A DNA stretch of 53,144 nt from an uncultured Eubacteriaceae bacterium (GTDB taxonomy: Bacteria > Bacillota > Clostridia > Eubacteriales > UBA1433): assembly GCA_937880125.1 (NCBI GenBank), contig CALFLU010000031.1, positions 1 through 53,144 on the forward strand, given 5' to 3'. The first letter of the stretch is position 1. Every line of letters starts with the position of its first letter. Below the pieces are notes generated by a model that was not told where the DNA came from, made no database searches, and saw nothing but the letters and a program-made list of their open reading frames with translations. Shown here in pieces: positions 30,901 through 39,808 of the stretch. A program made the translations under genes and the position numbers.

Positions 30901-32862
30901 TTAAATATCCAATCCCGCATAAAAACCGTCCAGCGTTGCGTTGACAAATTTTGCGGGTTTTTTTGCATCCCCGGCAACAATGGTCTTGTATCCGGCATTT
31001 CTGAGCTCTTTTACCAACTCTGTGCCCGCTGATTTTTGACCCACCGATAAAATAATGGTATCTGCCAAAACGGTTTCTTCTTTTCCGTCTTTTTCAAAAA
31101 TCACTTTGCCTTTTTCGATTCTGATTGCCGTAGCATTCACATAAATGTCCACATCGTTTTCTTCAAACTCTATGAGCATGTCGGTGAGGTGAATATCTTC
31201 CAGGCCGCCGCCGATTTGCGGAAGCATTTCAATAATGCTGACTTGGTTCTTTTTCTCCAACATCATTTGGCCCACTTCACAGGCCACAATGCCGCCGCCG
31301 ATAATCGCTACCTTTTGGTTACTTTCAATCGCCACTTCCCCCCTGAGCACATCCCATGCCTGCACCGCATTTTCCAATCCTTCAATGGGCAGCTGCTCAA
31401 TGGGCACCGCACCTGTGGCAACAATAACACTGTCGGGCTTCAGTGCGTCAATCACTTCAAGGTTAACCTCCTTGCCTGCTTGCACCTCTACGCCTCGGCG
31501 CGCCAATTCGGATATAAACCAATCGCGCGCTTCTTTGATTTTTTCTTTATGGGGCGGCACATAGGCCAAATTGAGTTGTCCGCCCAACTGGCTGTCTTGT
31601 TCAAACAACGTCACCCGGTGCCCCGCACGCGCTGCCACAATGGCTGCTTGCATACCCGCAAGCCCGCCGCCGATGACGGCAACTTTTTTGGGTTCTTCTG
31701 CTTTGCGCACCACGCTCAAGTGGGTTTCGCGCCCTGCCACGGGGTTAAGTGCACAGCTCAAATGATAGCCCAGTCGCACACGCCCCATGCAGCCATCGTT
31801 ACAGGAAATGCAAGGTCTGATTTCTTCAAGTCTGCCTTCGCTTGCCTTTTGCGGCCAATAGGGGTCGCAAATCAGCGCTCTAGCCATGGACACAAAGTCC
31901 ACTTTTCCGTCTTTTATCAAATCATCGCAAAACTGCGGATCACGCAGCATGCCGTTTGTGCCTACGGGGATAGACACCGCCGCTTTAATCGGCAGCGCAT
32001 ATTCCAACTTGGATCCTTGCGGGTATACTTCGGTTTCGATGACTTTTGCCTGCGACATATTGAGTCCCGCACTTACTTCCAAATAATCACACCCCGCTTT
32101 TTCCATGCGACGTGCAAACTCCACGCATTCTTCATCGGTCAGACGATTTTTTACCCATTCTCGTCCCGGGATTCTTGCACCGATGATAAAGTCTTTTCCC
32201 ACCGCACTGCGAATGCCTTCTACAATTTCGATGCCGAAACGAATACGGTTTTCGAAACTTCCGCCATATTCATCGGTGCGCGCATTGGTATCGGGTGAGA
32301 GAAACTGATTGACCAAGTAGCCGTGCGCGCAGTGAATGTTGACCCCGTCTGCGCCGGCGCGTTTGCAAATAACGGCCGCTTTCACAAATTTTTGCACCAT
32401 TTCTTTAATTTCTTCCGTGGTCAATTCGTGCATAGGCCCTGCTTTTCGGTATCTGCTGATATAAAGATGCTCCACCTCTTTATCGCTTACGCAGGCAGGC
32501 AAGTGCCCCTCTGCCGCCTCGGCGGTTGTCATGGCACCTGCATGAAACAATTGCGGAATAAACAGTGCGCCATAACGCTGAATGCTTTCTGCCATGCGAT
32601 TCATATCTTTGATTACTTTGGGTGTATCGGCTCTGTTTTTAACATCTCCTGTTTTGCCGCGAGGAAACTCCACCGCCAAGATGCCCCATGTCACAGCTCC
32701 TGCACCGCCCTTGGCTTTTTCTGTGTAATAGTCAATCACCTGTGTGCTGATTGATCCGTCAAAGCTGGGCATGGTCTCACCGGTAGGCGAAACAATAATA
32801 CGATTTCTCAATGTCTTTTTCCCGATTTTCAGTTCTGAAAACAGATTTGGAAAATGTTGCAT
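30901..32862 (-). CDS. Old Yellow Enzyme-family NADH:flavin oxidoreductase with [4Fe-4S] and FAD/NAD(P) domains
   Basis: HCAHGYL..QFLSP..N.RTDEYGGS, CISCNDGC-x11-C, two GxGxxG/A motifs. Start MQHFPNLF after GGAGG. Confidence 0.92.
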   Translation of the reverse strand: MQHFPNLFSELKIGKKTLRNRIIVSPTGETMPSFDGSISTQVIDYYTEKAKGGAGAVTWGILAVEFPRGKTGDVKNRADTPKVIKDMNRMAESIQRYGALFIPQLFHAGAMTTAEAAEGHLPACVSDKEVEHLYISRYRKAGPMHELTTEEIKEMVQKFVKAAVICKRAGADGVNIHCAHGYLVNQFLSPDTNARTDEYGGSFENRIRFGIEIVEGIRSAVGKDFIIGARIPGREWVKNRLTDEECVEFARRMEKAGCDYLEVSAGLNMSQAKVIETEVYPQGSKLEYALPIKAAVSIPVGTNGMLRDPQFCDDLIKDGKVDFVSMARALICDPYWPQKASEGRLEEIRPCISCNDGCMGRVRLGYHLSCALNPVAGRETHLSVVRKAEEPKKVAVIGGGLAGMQAAIVAARAGHRVTLFEQDSQLGGQLNLAYVPPHKEKIKEARDWFISELARRGVEVQAGKEVNLEVIDALKPDSVIVATGAVPIEQLPIEGLENAVQAWDVLRGEVAIESNQKVAIIGGGIVACEVGQMMLEKKNQVSIIEMLPQIGGGLEDIHLTDMLIEFEENDVDIYVNATAIRIEKGKVIFEKDGKEETVLADTIILSVGQKSAGTELVKELRNAGYKTIVAGDAKKPAKFVNATLDGFYAGLDI

Positions 32863-32925
32863 AAAAACCTCCGTGGTATTCATTTTATTATTGAGTATTT
32901 TAACATATTATAACAAAAAATAACC

Positions 32926-32956
32926 AAAAGGCTCTGCAATTCTTGCAGAGCCTTTT
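32926..32956 (-). terminator. Intrinsic terminator after hcp
   Basis: AAAAGGCTCTGCAA-TTC-TTGCAGAGCCTTTT. Confidence 0.85.
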
Positions 32957-32992
32957 AATTATTTTATTGCATATCGGTTTATTTTAAATTTT

Positions 32993-34621
32993 TTATGCCA
33001 TGAAAGCAGCGATGTCTTCTTCAACCGTTCCGATTTTTGCGATTCCGAACTTTTCAACCAGCACGTTTGCAACGTTCGGTGACAAAAATCCGGGAAGCGT
33101 CGGTCCCAAATGGATGTTTTTCACACCCAAGAACAGCAGTGCCAACAGCACGATAACCGCCTTTTGCTCATACCAACCAATATTATAAGCGATTGGCAGA
33201 TCGTTCACATCGTCCAGACCAAATACTTCTTTGAGCTTGAGTGCAATCAATGCCAAAGAGTAAGAGTCATTGCATTGACCTGCGTCCAACACGCGCGGTA
33301 TGCCGCCGATATCGCCCAAATCGAGTTTGTTGTAACGATATTTGGCACAACCGGCTGTCAAAATCACCGTATCTTGGGGAAGCGCTTTGGCAAAGTTTGT
33401 GAAATATTCTCTTTCTTTCATACGGCCGTCGCATCCTGCCATAACAAAGAACTTTTTAATGGCGCCCGATTTCACAGCGTCAACCACTTTGTCTGCCAGG
33501 GCAAACACTTGCGCATGGGCAAATCCGCCAACGATGGTTCCGTTTTCAATTTCTTTCGGAGCCGGCAGTGTTTTGGCCATTTCGATAATTGCGCTGAAAT
33601 CTTTTTTGCCGTTTTCGTCAGCCACAATGTGCGGACAATCAGGATATCCCGATGAGTTGGTTGTGAAAATGCGTTTTCTGATTTCTTCGTTACGCGGCGG
33701 AACAATGCAGTTCGTCGTAAAGAGAATCGGTCCGTTAAAGCTTTCAAATTCGTCGATTTGTTTCCACCAAGCATTGCCGTAGTTTCCGACAAAGTTGTCA
33801 TATTTTTTGAACGCGGGATAATAGTGTGCCGGCAGCATTTCGCTGTGGGTATACACATCAACACCTGTTCCTTGTGTTTGCTCAAGCAATTGTTCCAAAT
33901 CGGTCAAATCATGACCTGAGATCAAGATTGCAGGATTGTTTCTCACGCCGATGTTTACCTGTGTCAGCTCGGGATTACCATACTTTGAAGTATTGGCTTC
34001 ATCCAACAGCGCCATTGCTTTTACGCCATATTCGCCGGTTTTCAGCGTTAGGGCAACCAATTCGTCCGCACCCAGACTGTCGTCTAACAATGCTGCCAAT
34101 GCTTCATAGATAAACGCATAAATTTCAACGTTTTCTTTACCCAGATTCCAAGCATGCTCAGTGTATGCCGCCATGCCTTTCAAACCATAGGTAATCATTT
34201 CTCTCAAAGAACGCACGTCTTCGTTTTTCGTAGCAAGTACGCCTACGCCCGCTGCTTTTTCAAGCATTTCTTCGCGGCTGCCTACTTTGAAACTCATGGC
34301 ATCGCTCAGCTCACTCAGGGCTGCTTTTGCCACCAATTCATCTCGGTAAGCTACGATTTTTTTGATTTGCGCTTCAATGGCATCTGCATCGAAGTTTGCA
34401 TTGGTAATGGTCATAAAAAGGCTGTTCAGTGTTTCATAATTCACTTTTTCTATGGACGCTGCGTCCACATTGCCTTTTACCACCACTTGCGCAAGACCCT
34501 TCAGTGAGTAAATCAACAAGTCTTGAAGTTTTGCTACTTCTTCGGTTTTGCCGCATACACCGCGAATTTCGCATCCGGTGTTTTTTGCTGTCTCTTGGCA
34601 TTGATAACAGAACATACTCAT
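32993..34621 (-). CDS. hcp: Hybrid cluster protein (hydroxylamine/NO reductase)
   Basis: MFCYQCQE...GC...[40 protein letters not shown]. Confidence 0.98.
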   Translation of the reverse strand: MSMFCYQCQETAKNTGCEIRGVCGKTEEVAKLQDLLIYSLKGLAQVVVKGNVDAASIEKVNYETLNSLFMTITNANFDADAIEAQIKKIVAYRDELVAKAALSELSDAMSFKVGSREEMLEKAAGVGVLATKNEDVRSLREMITYGLKGMAAYTEHAWNLGKENVEIYAFIYEALAALLDDSLGADELVALTLKTGEYGVKAMALLDEANTSKYGNPELTQVNIGVRNNPAILISGHDLTDLEQLLEQTQGTGVDVYTHSEMLPAHYYPAFKKYDNFVGNYGNAWWKQIDEFESFNGPILFTTNCIVPPRNEEIRKRIFTTNSSGYPDCPHIVADENGKKDFSAIIEMAKTLPAPKEIENGTIVGGFAHAQVFALADKVVDAVKSGAIKKFFVMAGCDGRMKEREYFTNFAKALPQDTVILTAGCAKYRYNKLDLGDIGGIPRVLDAGQCNDSYSLALIALKLKEVFGLDDVNDLPIAYNIGWYEQKAVIVLLALLFLGVKNIHLGPTLPGFLSPNVANVLVEKFGIAKIGTVEEDIAAFMA

Positions 34622-34645
34622 ATTTCTTTCTCCTTTTTTTGTGTT

Positions 34646-34810
34646 TTATTCATTTTCAGGTTCAAATTCATCTTTTCCCACAAAACAAATGGGACACAAC
34701 CAATCTTCGGGCAAATCTTCAAACGCCGTGCCCGGTGCCACATTGTTTTCTGCATCCCCCAAGGCAGGGTCATAGACATATCCGCATGGCTTGCACACAT
34801 ATTTTTTCAT
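34646..34810 (-). CDS. Rubredoxin (54 aa)
   Basis: Read manually: [19 protein letters not shown]...[36 protein letters not shown]. Confidence 0.96.
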   Translation of the reverse strand: MKKYVCKPCGYVYDPALGDAENNVAPGTAFEDLPEDWLCPICFVGKDEFEPENE

Positions 34811-34833
34811 CTTTTCACCTTTGTTCCTTTCTT

Positions 34834-35145
34834 TTAAGCAGGTGGAGGTACTTTAATAACAATTAACTCCAAGGTTGCTTCGTGTAAGTTTTTTACATTC
34901 ATTTTGGTGTTGACGGGAATGTTCAAAATGGTTCCGTCCTCATATTCACGCACCTGGCCATCGTCCAATCCAATCGAAAGTGTGCCGCCAAGCACGCTCA
35001 TATATACATTTGAATTGGCGTGGTGCACCGGAAGACCTTCGTCTTTTTGAAAGGTCATATGAAGATATTGCAAATTTTCGTCTAAAATGATTTTTTCAAT
35101 TGCCGTTTTTCCGTCTCGTGTCATTTTATAAACTTTTTCGACCAC
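34834..35145 (-). CDS. Cupin domain protein
   Basis: H......[16 protein letters not shown] cupin pattern. GTG start after GAGGAGGAG. Confidence 0.82.
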   Translation of the reverse strand: MVEKVYKMTRDGKTAIEKIILDENLQYLHMTFQKDEGLPVHHANSNVYMSVLGGTLSIGLDDGQVREYEDGTILNIPVNTKMNVKNLHEATLELIVIKVPPPA

Positions 35146-35176
35146 AAGAAATCTCCTCCTCTCCAATGCTATCCTT

Positions 35177-35219
35177 ATTTTACTGGGTAAAACCCTGTTA
35201 TTCAGTTGCTTTTGCAACA
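35177..35219 (-). promoter_or_regulatory. Putative Crp/Fnr-family (HcpR-like) activated promoter
   Basis: Palindrome TGTTGC-AAAA-GCAACT (35204-35219) upstream of a TAAAAT -10 (35177-35182), with no good -35. Confidence 0.6.
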
Positions 35220-35359
35220 TTTCGATTTTTTTTAAATTTTTTTTACTTTTTACCGCTGCCGGCGCACAAATCCCTCTTGTTTTGTTGCCCTGCATGCTTC
35301 CGTTTTTTTATTTATAGCGTAAATAAAAGAGCCCTATAGACTCTTTTATGGTTCGTCAT

Positions 35360-35653
35360 TTACTTTTCTTCACTTCCGTCTTCAAACCAAATGGTTTTTT
35401 TAAGCATCTTGGCATAGTTGTATATCTGCTGCGACCCTTCGCTGTTTTCCCAGCCCTTCATGCAATAGAGCACATCGGATTCATACACCATTTGATGTGC
35501 AATACTGACAATTTTGTCATAGGGCAACTGCTGATTGATATTCATCGGATTCAAAACAATGTGTCCCTCCGAATACAGCTTATCTTCTGTTTCTTTAAAT
35601 TGATTCACATGATCCGGATTGCCCGCAACCATTCCCGTTATCGATACTATCAT
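35360..35653 (-). CDS. DUF4406-like protein (nucleoside deoxyribosyltransferase-like fold)
   Basis: I.I.G...G.PD....F......L...GH.VLNP ... D.LY...GWENS.G. GAGGT SD. Confidence 0.72.
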   Translation of the reverse strand: MIVSITGMVAGNPDHVNQFKETEDKLYSEGHIVLNPMNINQQLPYDKIVSIAHQMVYESDVLYCMKGWENSEGSQQIYNYAKMLKKTIWFEDGSEEK

Positions 35654-35804
35654 TGTCTACCTCACTGTGTTTTGTTTCAAAATGTATTTTTTGACCGGTT
35701 TCGTCATACTTTTCTCTGAAAACCTTTTTTAAAGGTGCTTTTTATTTTAGCATGTTTTGGCTGCAAAAGCAAAACTGCCGCCAACGTTTGTTTATTGTTC
35801 GTCT

Positions 35805-35951
35805 TTATTCGTTTTTGTCTTCTTGTTCTCTTTCTTGTTGCTCTTTGGCTTCCTCGGCTTCTCTTTCTGCTCGACTCACCATGCTGCACAGCCGATTTCG
35901 CTCCACTGCCCTAAAGATATGCTTTACTGTTTTTTTCACATCATCTTTCAT
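35805..35951 (-). CDS. Small hypothetical protein (48 aa), paralog of 29054-29236
   Basis: Read manually: MKDDVKKTVKHIFRAVERNRLCSMVSRAEREAEEAKEQQEREQEDKNE. GAGGAT SD. Confidence 0.65.
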   Translation of the reverse strand: MKDDVKKTVKHIFRAVERNRLCSMVSRAEREAEEAKEQQEREQEDKNE

Positions 35952-35990
35952 GGCGCTATCCTCGTATTTTATTTTTTCTTCTCAACGCCG

Positions 35991-37928
35991 TTAATAACAC
36001 ACAATCGGCGTACCGGGATCAATGTTATTATAAATGGTTCTCGCAACACTATAGGGTAAATTAATGCAGCTGTGCGATCCGTCTGCAATATAGATTGATC
36101 CGCCGAACCGACTTCTCCAAGTGGCATCGTGCATGCCGACAATGCCGTTAAACGGCATCCAAAAGCTCACGGGCGTTTCATAGTCCTCACCTTTTAACGT
36201 TACATTTCTCTGCTTATATTTCAGACTGTATACGCCTTTGGGTGTGGCATAACCCCTTCGCACATTGCCGCTGACAATGGAGCTTTCCACAATCAAAGTT
36301 CCGTTTTTATAAAACCATAACCGCTGCCCCGAAAGCGAAATTTCCACATAAGTGTTGCCGAGATTGTTCAAATCTCGCGACGAAGCCTCTCCCTTTTGAA
36401 TTGCGGCAATCAAAAAATCTGCTTCCGCACCCTTGTTGATGACACCGTTATAGTCACCTCCGTTTACAACAATGCGGCTGCCTCCGGTGGTGGTAAACGA
36501 AGTCGATCGTTTTAATTTTCGGTACTGTGCCATCATTTCCTGCACATAAGCGTCTACGCCTGCCCTGTCGATGGCGATTTGATAATTTTCGTCCACATTC
36601 AACCATTGACTGGTTCGGCTACCGTCCAAAACAAAGGTTTGATCCCCGATATGGTAGGTGATTTGCGATGTAATATATCGATTCAATGCAGCCTGGATGT
36701 CTTTGGTCTCTTGGGATTCCACATTAAAGGCAGGCTCCACATAACACCCCTTTGCATCAATGTCCAGCTGCGGCTCCATCGTGCCCATGGCCGCAGAAAC
36801 AGCGGTGTACAAAAGCGCTCTGTCCACCTCTTTGCCTCTGTCTTCGGCAACCACAATAAATGTCCCGTCCTGATAGACAAATCGAGGGTTGGCGGGTTTG
36901 ACGGTGTTTTCGGGCAAAAGACATTTCAGTTGGTCCACACGACCCTGCAATTTGGCATCATCAAAGGTCATGGGGACGCTTTTTGCATTTTCTTTGCGCA
37001 CGCTTTCCACAACCCAGTTATAATATTTTTGCTCCGCTATCAGCGCCTCAAGACGGTCCACGCCCTCATAGCGCAAATCAATTTCCGCCCCTTGAAGACT
37101 CTCTGTAGCCCCACCCCGCTCCATCACTTCCAATGTATATTCGCCGGCTTTTGCGCCGATTGCTTCAGAAGCAGCCTGTGCGCTTTTTCCCGAAACATCT
37201 ACTCCGTTAACTTTTGTGCCGAAATAAAAATGTGATTGAAAAAACAACGCCAGTGCGCCATAAATCACCACTAAGCTGGCCAAAGCAATCAGGCTGTATT
37301 TCAGCCCCTTCTTGCGCTTTGCCGAAGCTGCCAAAGCCGCCTCGGTGTTCTCAGTTTCTTTTTCTGCAGCGCCGTCTTCTTCCACGGCCTGCTCCTCGGC
37401 CACACCCACCTCTTCCTGCAAAACGTCTTCCTCGCCAACCGACAGATTCTCTTGTTGGTCCGTTGGCTCTGCAAGCCCTGCGGTGGGCTCTGTCGCATCT
37501 TCCAAAGGCGCGCTGTCTTCTTGTGCCCCATCTTGCCAAGGCAAAGCTTCTTCGACGTCACCCATCGACGTCTCCGTTGCTTCTTCTTCAAGCACCTCTT
37601 TGGGCGCATCCTCTTGGTCTTCTATAACATCTGCTTCCTGCACAGATTTTTCATCCGCAAAAGACGCCTCCGGCGCAGACAAATCTTGCTCCGTTTCCCA
37701 AGTTTGCTGCTCTGCCGATTCGTCCGCCTCCATTAAAATAACCTCTTCTGCCTCTGTCGCCGTTACATCTGCGTATTGCATTTCACTCAGCGCTTTTTCA
37801 TCTCTGCTCAGCGCTCTGCGCTTTTCGGTAAGTCGTTTTTTTTGATACTGTTTAATCTTCGATTTCACTCTATCTGCAATGCCCTTATCTTTTTCCTCAA
37901 GTGATATTTTGCCAAACACAGATGCCAT
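35991..37928 (-). CDS. L,D-transpeptidase (YkuD domain, PG-binding-4 repeats) with acidic N-terminal tail and TM anchor
   Basis: TPKGVY, WMPF...GMHDA.WR...GSHSCINLP. TM around residues 210-230. Confidence 0.9.
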   Translation of the reverse strand: MASVFGKISLEEKDKGIADRVKSKIKQYQKKRLTEKRRALSRDEKALSEMQYADVTATEAEEVILMEADESAEQQTWETEQDLSAPEASFADEKSVQEADVIEDQEDAPKEVLEEEATETSMGDVEEALPWQDGAQEDSAPLEDATEPTAGLAEPTDQQENLSVGEEDVLQEEVGVAEEQAVEEDGAAEKETENTEAALAASAKRKKGLKYSLIALASLVVIYGALALFFQSHFYFGTKVNGVDVSGKSAQAASEAIGAKAGEYTLEVMERGGATESLQGAEIDLRYEGVDRLEALIAEQKYYNWVVESVRKENAKSVPMTFDDAKLQGRVDQLKCLLPENTVKPANPRFVYQDGTFIVVAEDRGKEVDRALLYTAVSAAMGTMEPQLDIDAKGCYVEPAFNVESQETKDIQAALNRYITSQITYHIGDQTFVLDGSRTSQWLNVDENYQIAIDRAGVDAYVQEMMAQYRKLKRSTSFTTTGGSRIVVNGGDYNGVINKGAEADFLIAAIQKGEASSRDLNNLGNTYVEISLSGQRLWFYKNGTLIVESSIVSGNVRRGYATPKGVYSLKYKQRNVTLKGEDYETPVSFWMPFNGIVGMHDATWRSRFGGSIYIADGSHSCINLPYSVARTIYNNIDPGTPIVCY

Positions 37929-38077
37929 ATAATTTTAACATAATAACGCAGAAAACGTACAAAAAACAAGCATTCTTTTTGCATTTTCATCGATAAAAAT
38001 CAAAAACAGCACAATAATGCACTGTTTTGATCAAAATTTACCAAAAAGTCCCAGTTGAAGCCACGAAAACACCGTTT

Positions 38078-38858
38078 TTACATAACGTCCCAATGGTCTT
38101 TTTGGGCGCTGAGTCTGCCTGTGGGGCTATACTCATAGTCCGCTACTTTCTTACTGCCTGCTCCGTCGTAGCTGACGGTGATGGCAAACAGTTGGTTATG
38201 GGTATTATAGGCGTAGTTGATTTCTATCAGGTCGGTGGTTTGGTTTTCCTGCCCGCTCACTGCGCCGCCTCGATAGGACAGTTGTGTGATATTGGACAGT
38301 GCGTCGTATTCGTAGTTGACTACGTCTCCGTTTTGCACGTATTGTTTCACACGGTTCAGTCCGTCGTAGGCATAGCTGCTTTGGGTTACGGGGGTTTCGT
38401 CATTATTTTTATAGTCTTTCATCCACAGGCAGTTACCTGCGTCGTCATAGCCGTAGGTGGTATAGTGCACGTCTTGCCCTGCGGCGTTTTTCTCATACAC
38501 CGCTCGCACAATCTGCCCTTTGGCGTTATAGCTGTACCAGTTCGTTGTTCCGTCTTGTTTCGTTTTACTGATCACGTTACCGTTTCTGTCGTAGCTGTAG
38601 GTGGTTTCGATGCTTTTTACCACGCCGCCTTCCGTCCCTGCTTCCTTGTCGCTGACAAGGTTGCCCACGCTGTCAAAGGTACTGTAGCGCACCAGCCCTC
38701 TCGGGTTCACGCTTCTGTTTTGCACGCCCCCTTCCACCTCATGGTCATAGCTGTACGTGGTTACCAGGTCTTTGCTTCCGTCATACTGGCTTACGCTCAA
38801 CAGTCTCGACAGGTTATCATAGCTATAGGCGGTCGTTTTTCCTTCTCCGTCCGTCTTG
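38078..38858 (-). pseudogene. Rhs/YD-repeat core fragment, truncated at both ends
   Basis: TDGEGKTTAYSYDNLSRL, YSYDRNGNV, YSYNAKGQI, YGYDDAGN, YAYDGLNRV repeats. No SD/ATG and no DPxG terminus. Confidence 0.85.
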
Positions 38859-38952
38859 CTTGTCTGAAGAATGTCCCGCCCGTTCTTTTTCCCGTTTTCC
38901 TTTGGAATCTCCCGCCTTCAGGAAGAAAGCAGGCACTGCCTGCTTTCTTCCT
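38859..38952 (-). repeat. Cassette-junction element, copy C
   Basis: Hairpin 38920-38952 plus a 50-bp core (38859-38908) that is 48/50 identical to 42981-43030. Confidence 0.9.
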
Positions 38953-38963
38953 TGCCCACACGC

Positions 38964-39632
38964 CTACTCTTTCTTCTTCCGTGGCTTTTTAAACATCTCT
39001 TTTAAGTTTAAATCTTCTACACCATATATATATGCGTCTCTTCCCATACTGGCATTAATATTTTTAAGACTGTTTCTATAAATTATCTCCAATAGTTTTT
39101 TTGTGCAAAAAATCATATACTTATTATGCTTTAAACGAAACAAATCCGGGAGCGGTTTATCCTCCGGGTAATCCAGTATCAGTTTGCCGAAATCCTTAGG
39201 TTGTTTATCAAACTTCATCACACCGCACTCAGGGCAATCGCTGACTACCTCCAATCCCATTCGCTGATAATCCATTTCCAATACCGTCTTAGGACGCATT
39301 ATGTAATATCCGTCATGTTCTTCCGCTCTGCTGTTTCCTTTGGGGTCATACAGCTCTACGGGCAGCAAATCCATTTGCGCATTTGCTTCACTTTCCAGTA
39401 TGTTGACAGCTTTCTGCGACAAAAGGGTGTATGGATGGTGCCCACATAACATAAAATCAGGATACTTTCCCTTTCCCTGCGCTATCATTTTTACGGGATT
39501 TTCTTTTAGTCTGGGCAATTGCAACATACCGCATTGCGGACAGTCATAATACTCCAGAGAGCTTGGCAAAATCGTCGGCGCGTATATATAAATATTCGCT
39601 GAGCTTGGCAATATATTAAAAAAACTTTCCAT
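38964..39632 (-). CDS. Putative immunity protein with two CPxCG motifs
   Basis: CPQCG and CPECG; YPDF.L....LLS.K and DLFRL resemble Imm11/double-CXXCG proteins. AAAGGAG SD. Confidence 0.55.
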   Translation of the reverse strand: MESFFNILPSSANIYIYAPTILPSSLEYYDCPQCGMLQLPRLKENPVKMIAQGKGKYPDFMLCGHHPYTLLSQKAVNILESEANAQMDLLPVELYDPKGNSRAEEHDGYYIMRPKTVLEMDYQRMGLEVVSDCPECGVMKFDKQPKDFGKLILDYPEDKPLPDLFRLKHNKYMIFCTKKLLEIIYRNSLKNINASMGRDAYIYGVEDLNLKEMFKKPRKKKE

Positions 39633-39708
39633 TTTTTTCTCCTTTAACCATGATATTATGCGATTATATTTTTATCGAATCTGATTAAAATACGGTAAGT
39701 CAAACCCT

Positions 39709-39807
39709 CCGCCCGTTCTTTGACCCTCTTTTCCTTTGGAATGTTCCTACCGTAATTACAAGACATTCCTATCTGATAGACAAAGGGCGCGCAATGCGCG
39801 CCCTTCC
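39709..39807 (-). repeat. Cassette-junction element, copy B
   Basis: Roughly 85-90% identical by eye to 42998-43095, including the AAGGGCGCGC-AAT-GCGCGCCCTT palindrome. Confidence 0.9.
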
Positions 39808-39808
39808 T

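Noticed and set aside
31189-32298. 369 aa plus-strand ORF
   Set aside because: Antisense to the well-supported OYE gene.
29054-35951. The two small paralogs as AgrD autoinducer or RiPP precursors
   Set aside because: No AgrD-type C-x4 ring with a PxxP tail, and no agrB, radical SAM or peptidase-transporter gene nearby. Kept only as an unknown family.
37930-38100. att duplication of the tRNA-Ala 3' end at the far island border
   Set aside because: No copy of CCCCTTATCTCCACCA in the right orientation was found by eye, and there is no integrase. A classic integrative element is not supported.
38027-38992. 321 aa Val-rich plus-strand ORF
   Set aside because: Antisense shadow of the YD-repeat fragment; no SD or motifs.
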